DNA of 64,000 bases from an uncultured Verrucomicrobiae bacterium (GTDB lineage: Bacteria > Verrucomicrobiota > Verrucomicrobiia > Chthoniobacterales > JAFAMB01). The stretch lies in contig CAWEXO010000008.1 of NCBI GenBank assembly GCA_963813025.1, positions 160,001-224,000 on the forward strand, in the 5' to 3' direction. Positions 61,322 through 64,000 of the stretch are shown in pieces. The notes beneath the pieces are model-generated. The model had not been told where the DNA came from. It searched no databases and saw only the letters and a program-made list of their open reading frames with translations. Positions within the stretch are counted from its first letter, which is position 1. The number at the start of each line of letters is the position of its first letter. Both the position numbers and the translations under genes were made by a program.

Positions 61322-63649
61322 ATGGTCACCAGCCCCTGCGCGCCAGGAGATGCTTTCAAGCCTGCTTTCGTCGTTGGCGTTACCGGGCACATGGACCTCG
61401 ATCCGGCCGAACGAGATCGAATCAAAACCGAGGTAAAACGGGTCTTCAATTGGCTTCGCGCTTCACCGGGCGATCGGGGCGATGTGAGTCTCGGTCCAGG
61501 TCTCGCCCTGAAGAACACGCCCATCATTCTGCTCTCCTCTCTGGCGCCGGGCGCGGACCAGTTAGTGGTCGAGGCGGCTCGAGAAACGGATCCGCCCGTC
61601 CGAGTATTGGCTCCTCTGCCTTTCCTCAAAGACCAGTATTTGGAGGCTTCCACGTTCAAACAGGATGGCGTTACAAAAGATGAAGCCGCGAGCAAGTTTC
61701 TCGCAGATTTTCCCGAAGAGGATGCTTTCGTGGTCCGTCTCCTCAATGAGATCGATCTCGACGATGACGCATTGCGCGCCAAACACAGATCCATTCTCAT
61801 CGGCCCGGCTGGCAAACTGGAGCGTGACCGCCGCTACGCCGCTGCGGGCGAATACGTGGCTGCCTACTGTGACATCCTCATCGCGTTGACTGACACGGCA
61901 ATAGGCTGCCCGACGTACAACATGCTCGTCGGCCCAGGCGAAAACGAGGGCGCCCGGGCGGTCGCGGAGCTGAAACGGCGCGGAGTAACGCCGGGCCTCC
62001 TGCCTGTTCTGCCGACGTTGAGTTGGGCCGACAACGGGCCCGTAATTCACGTTTACGCACCCCGAAAGCCGAAAGAAGCGCCTGCGATAGCAGCGACGTC
62101 CAGAGGTGCAGCAAGAAAGCAATTGGAGATGCTTTACCCCTACGACTGCCGGCCGCCCGAAGTCAGCGAAAAAGACCACGACAATCCCGCTTGGCGCAAA
62201 GCCGGTCACGCGATCCTGCGAGCCATCGCGGAGCATTTGGAACGGTTGAATACCGAAAAAATTCAGATTGAACTAGCCCGAGAGAATAGAGCATTCGTTG
62301 AGATGCTGCCGGCCGCGATCCAATCAATCATCAGAAGCGTCGCGGAGTCACGCGCTTCCCGGGGCTGGCGAGCATCTCCAGACAACCCTTGATCGGATTG
62401 CTCGACTCCGGCGTCGCATTGCCGACTACAGTGCCCATTACAATGCGCGCCTAACCGGCCTGAAGCGCGCGCTATTCAGTCTCGCTTTTGGCGCTGCCCT
62501 CTTCTTCTCTTTGGCCGACAACTGGGATGTTGCCGTCTGGACACTGCCGCCAATCTTGTTCTTAACCGCCTTGGGACTGACATTTGCCGCCTGGATTGTT
62601 TATTTCCGCTTCAAAAGAACTGCGGCCGCCGAGCGCTGTGACGATTATCGCGCCATCGCGGAAGGACTGCGCGTGCAATTCTATTGGACGGCCTGCGGCA
62701 GCGGAGAGTCGGTTGCGTCGAACTATCTGCAACACCAGCGAGGCGAATTAGGCTGGATCCGTAACGTCATCAATGTCGCCGCCTTTCCACACGAGCCGAA
62801 CCGCGTGCGATTTAACCAGCTTTCGTTCGAGGAGCAACGTGCGACGTTGCAAAGCATCCGCGAAACTTGGATCGCCGGCCAGTGCACTTATTTTAAGAAG
62901 ACCATCAGCGATCTTAATCTCCGACGTGAAGTTTTTTCGACTTACTCTCAAGTTTTGCTCTGGAGCGGATTTATCCTCTTCGCGTTCTTCTTTTTCTTTG
63001 CTCAACACACTTCCACTCCGGTTGTGTCGCACATGCTTGCTCGTTCTCTCTTTGGTGCGGGTTCTCTTATCCTCGCCATGCTTTACCGCGAGACGTATGC
63101 TCGAGGGCGGGCAACCGCCTCGCGCGGAGGGCAGGGCCAACCGGAGTCGTTGATTGGCGGATTCCGCCAGCGGTTTTTTTTGCTGCCCAGAATGTTTTTG
63201 CCGGATCGAGTACGGTCCCTGAAATGCGGAAACCTGATGCTTAACAGCCTGCTGTCAGCCGCCCTCGTCCTACTCATCGTCGGGACGGTTTATCTTCTCG
63301 AGGGAGTTGTGCCTTGGCTCCCGTCTGCCTACAAGCTTGGCAGTATTTCCAAGTATCTGGTCCTTGCCGGAGCCGTTCTCTGTGGCGCATGGGTGGAAGT
63401 TAACTTTTTCGCCGAACACATTCGCCATTACTCTTCCATGGCGTCTCTCTTCCAAGCTGCCGGCGTGCGCTTTGATGAATATTTTGATTGGCTGAAAAAG
63501 CCGGCAAGGACCAGATAGAAGCGGTTGAAAAACAGGTTATCGCGAACATCCAATCCCTCATTGTGGCTGTGGGCCGCGAATCCCTTTCGGAGAACGCCGA
63601 GTGGCTCATCACCCACCGAGCGCGGCCGCTCGAGCCGGTGAGCGTATGA
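61322..63649 (+). CDS. SLOG plus SLATT-like multi-TM protein, split by two apparent frameshifts (~62350 and ~63490)
   Basis: VGVTGH, SSLAPGADQL, YAAAGEYVAAYCDILIA; DYRAIAEGLRVQFYW; third frame ends VGRESLSENAEWLITHRARPLE. Confidence 0.7.
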
Positions 63650-63693
63650 ACTGCATTCGTCACAAATCGTCAGCGATTTGTGACGAATGCAGT
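63650..63693. repeat. Perfect 20-bp inverted repeat with 4-nt loop
   Basis: ACTGCATTCGTCACAAATCG-TCAG-CGATTTGTGACGAATGCAGT. Confidence 0.9.
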
Positions 63694-63705
63694 GGCTAAG
63701 GCCCG

Positions 63706-64000
63706 GCTAAGTGCAGCCAGTTCGTATCTGCCTTTTCGATGTTGCTGCTCGATATCACTCTTAAATCGCTTTCAGCGCGCCTTCATTCCCGCAAAGGTAA
63801 AGTTTCCCCTTATAGACAGCAAACGCGTCCGGACCATCGACATCCGCTAATACTCCGTTAGCTACTCCGTAGGAACAAAATGCGCCATACTGCGGAGCAT
63901 ATTTTCCGGGATCTTTGTCAAAATCGGCTTTATCCGCCGACCGAAACAAACAAGTACGTGGCGCCCTGATAAGTGCTCTAGGATCGCCGGATTCCCTTTG
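63706..64000 (-). pseudogene. YHS-domain protein, 3' part, frameshifted, runs off the window
   Basis: FDKDPGKYAPQYGAFCSYGV, YKGKLYLC; NIEKADTNW in another frame. Confidence 0.65.

Overview
A GC-rich bacterial chromosome segment. The gene content and intergenic repeat style suggest a soil Verrucomicrobia-like organism, but this is inference only. Left part: an IS110 element whose upstream non-coding region folds like a bridge RNA with a guide matching its own insertion flank, then 5-oxoprolinase, rdgB, a (CAGTAT)19 microsatellite, leuS, an IS1380 and tRNA-Arg(UCG). The main object is a ~16.3 kb element integrated in that tRNA (44-bp att direct repeats at 11144-11187 and 27447-27490). It encodes a tyrosine integrase, a divergent repressor/excisionase pair, a compact family-A DNA polymerase module (conserved partner, PolA, wHTH, origin-like region; no primase or helicase), a lambda-type cos-like site with small and large terminase, and two probable anti-phage genes (NucC/DUF6602-like nuclease, Abi-alpha-like). 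No capsid, portal or tail genes are recognisable, so it is a candidate new type of phage satellite. Right part: a Tat-signal atypical cytochrome P450 next to an outer-membrane channel, a general-stress-like cluster (AKR, Zn-ADH, YciF remnant, ECF sigma, NarL regulators, CheB-CheR kinase), lpxR, cbpAM, ATP-dependent ligase, sugar ABC plus GH127, L,D-transpeptidase, MBL hydrolase, vapBC with an IS630 in its promoter, and a SLOG-SLATT membrane effector. Several single-base frameshifts may be sequencing errors. All family calls come from motif recognition by eye, not database searches.
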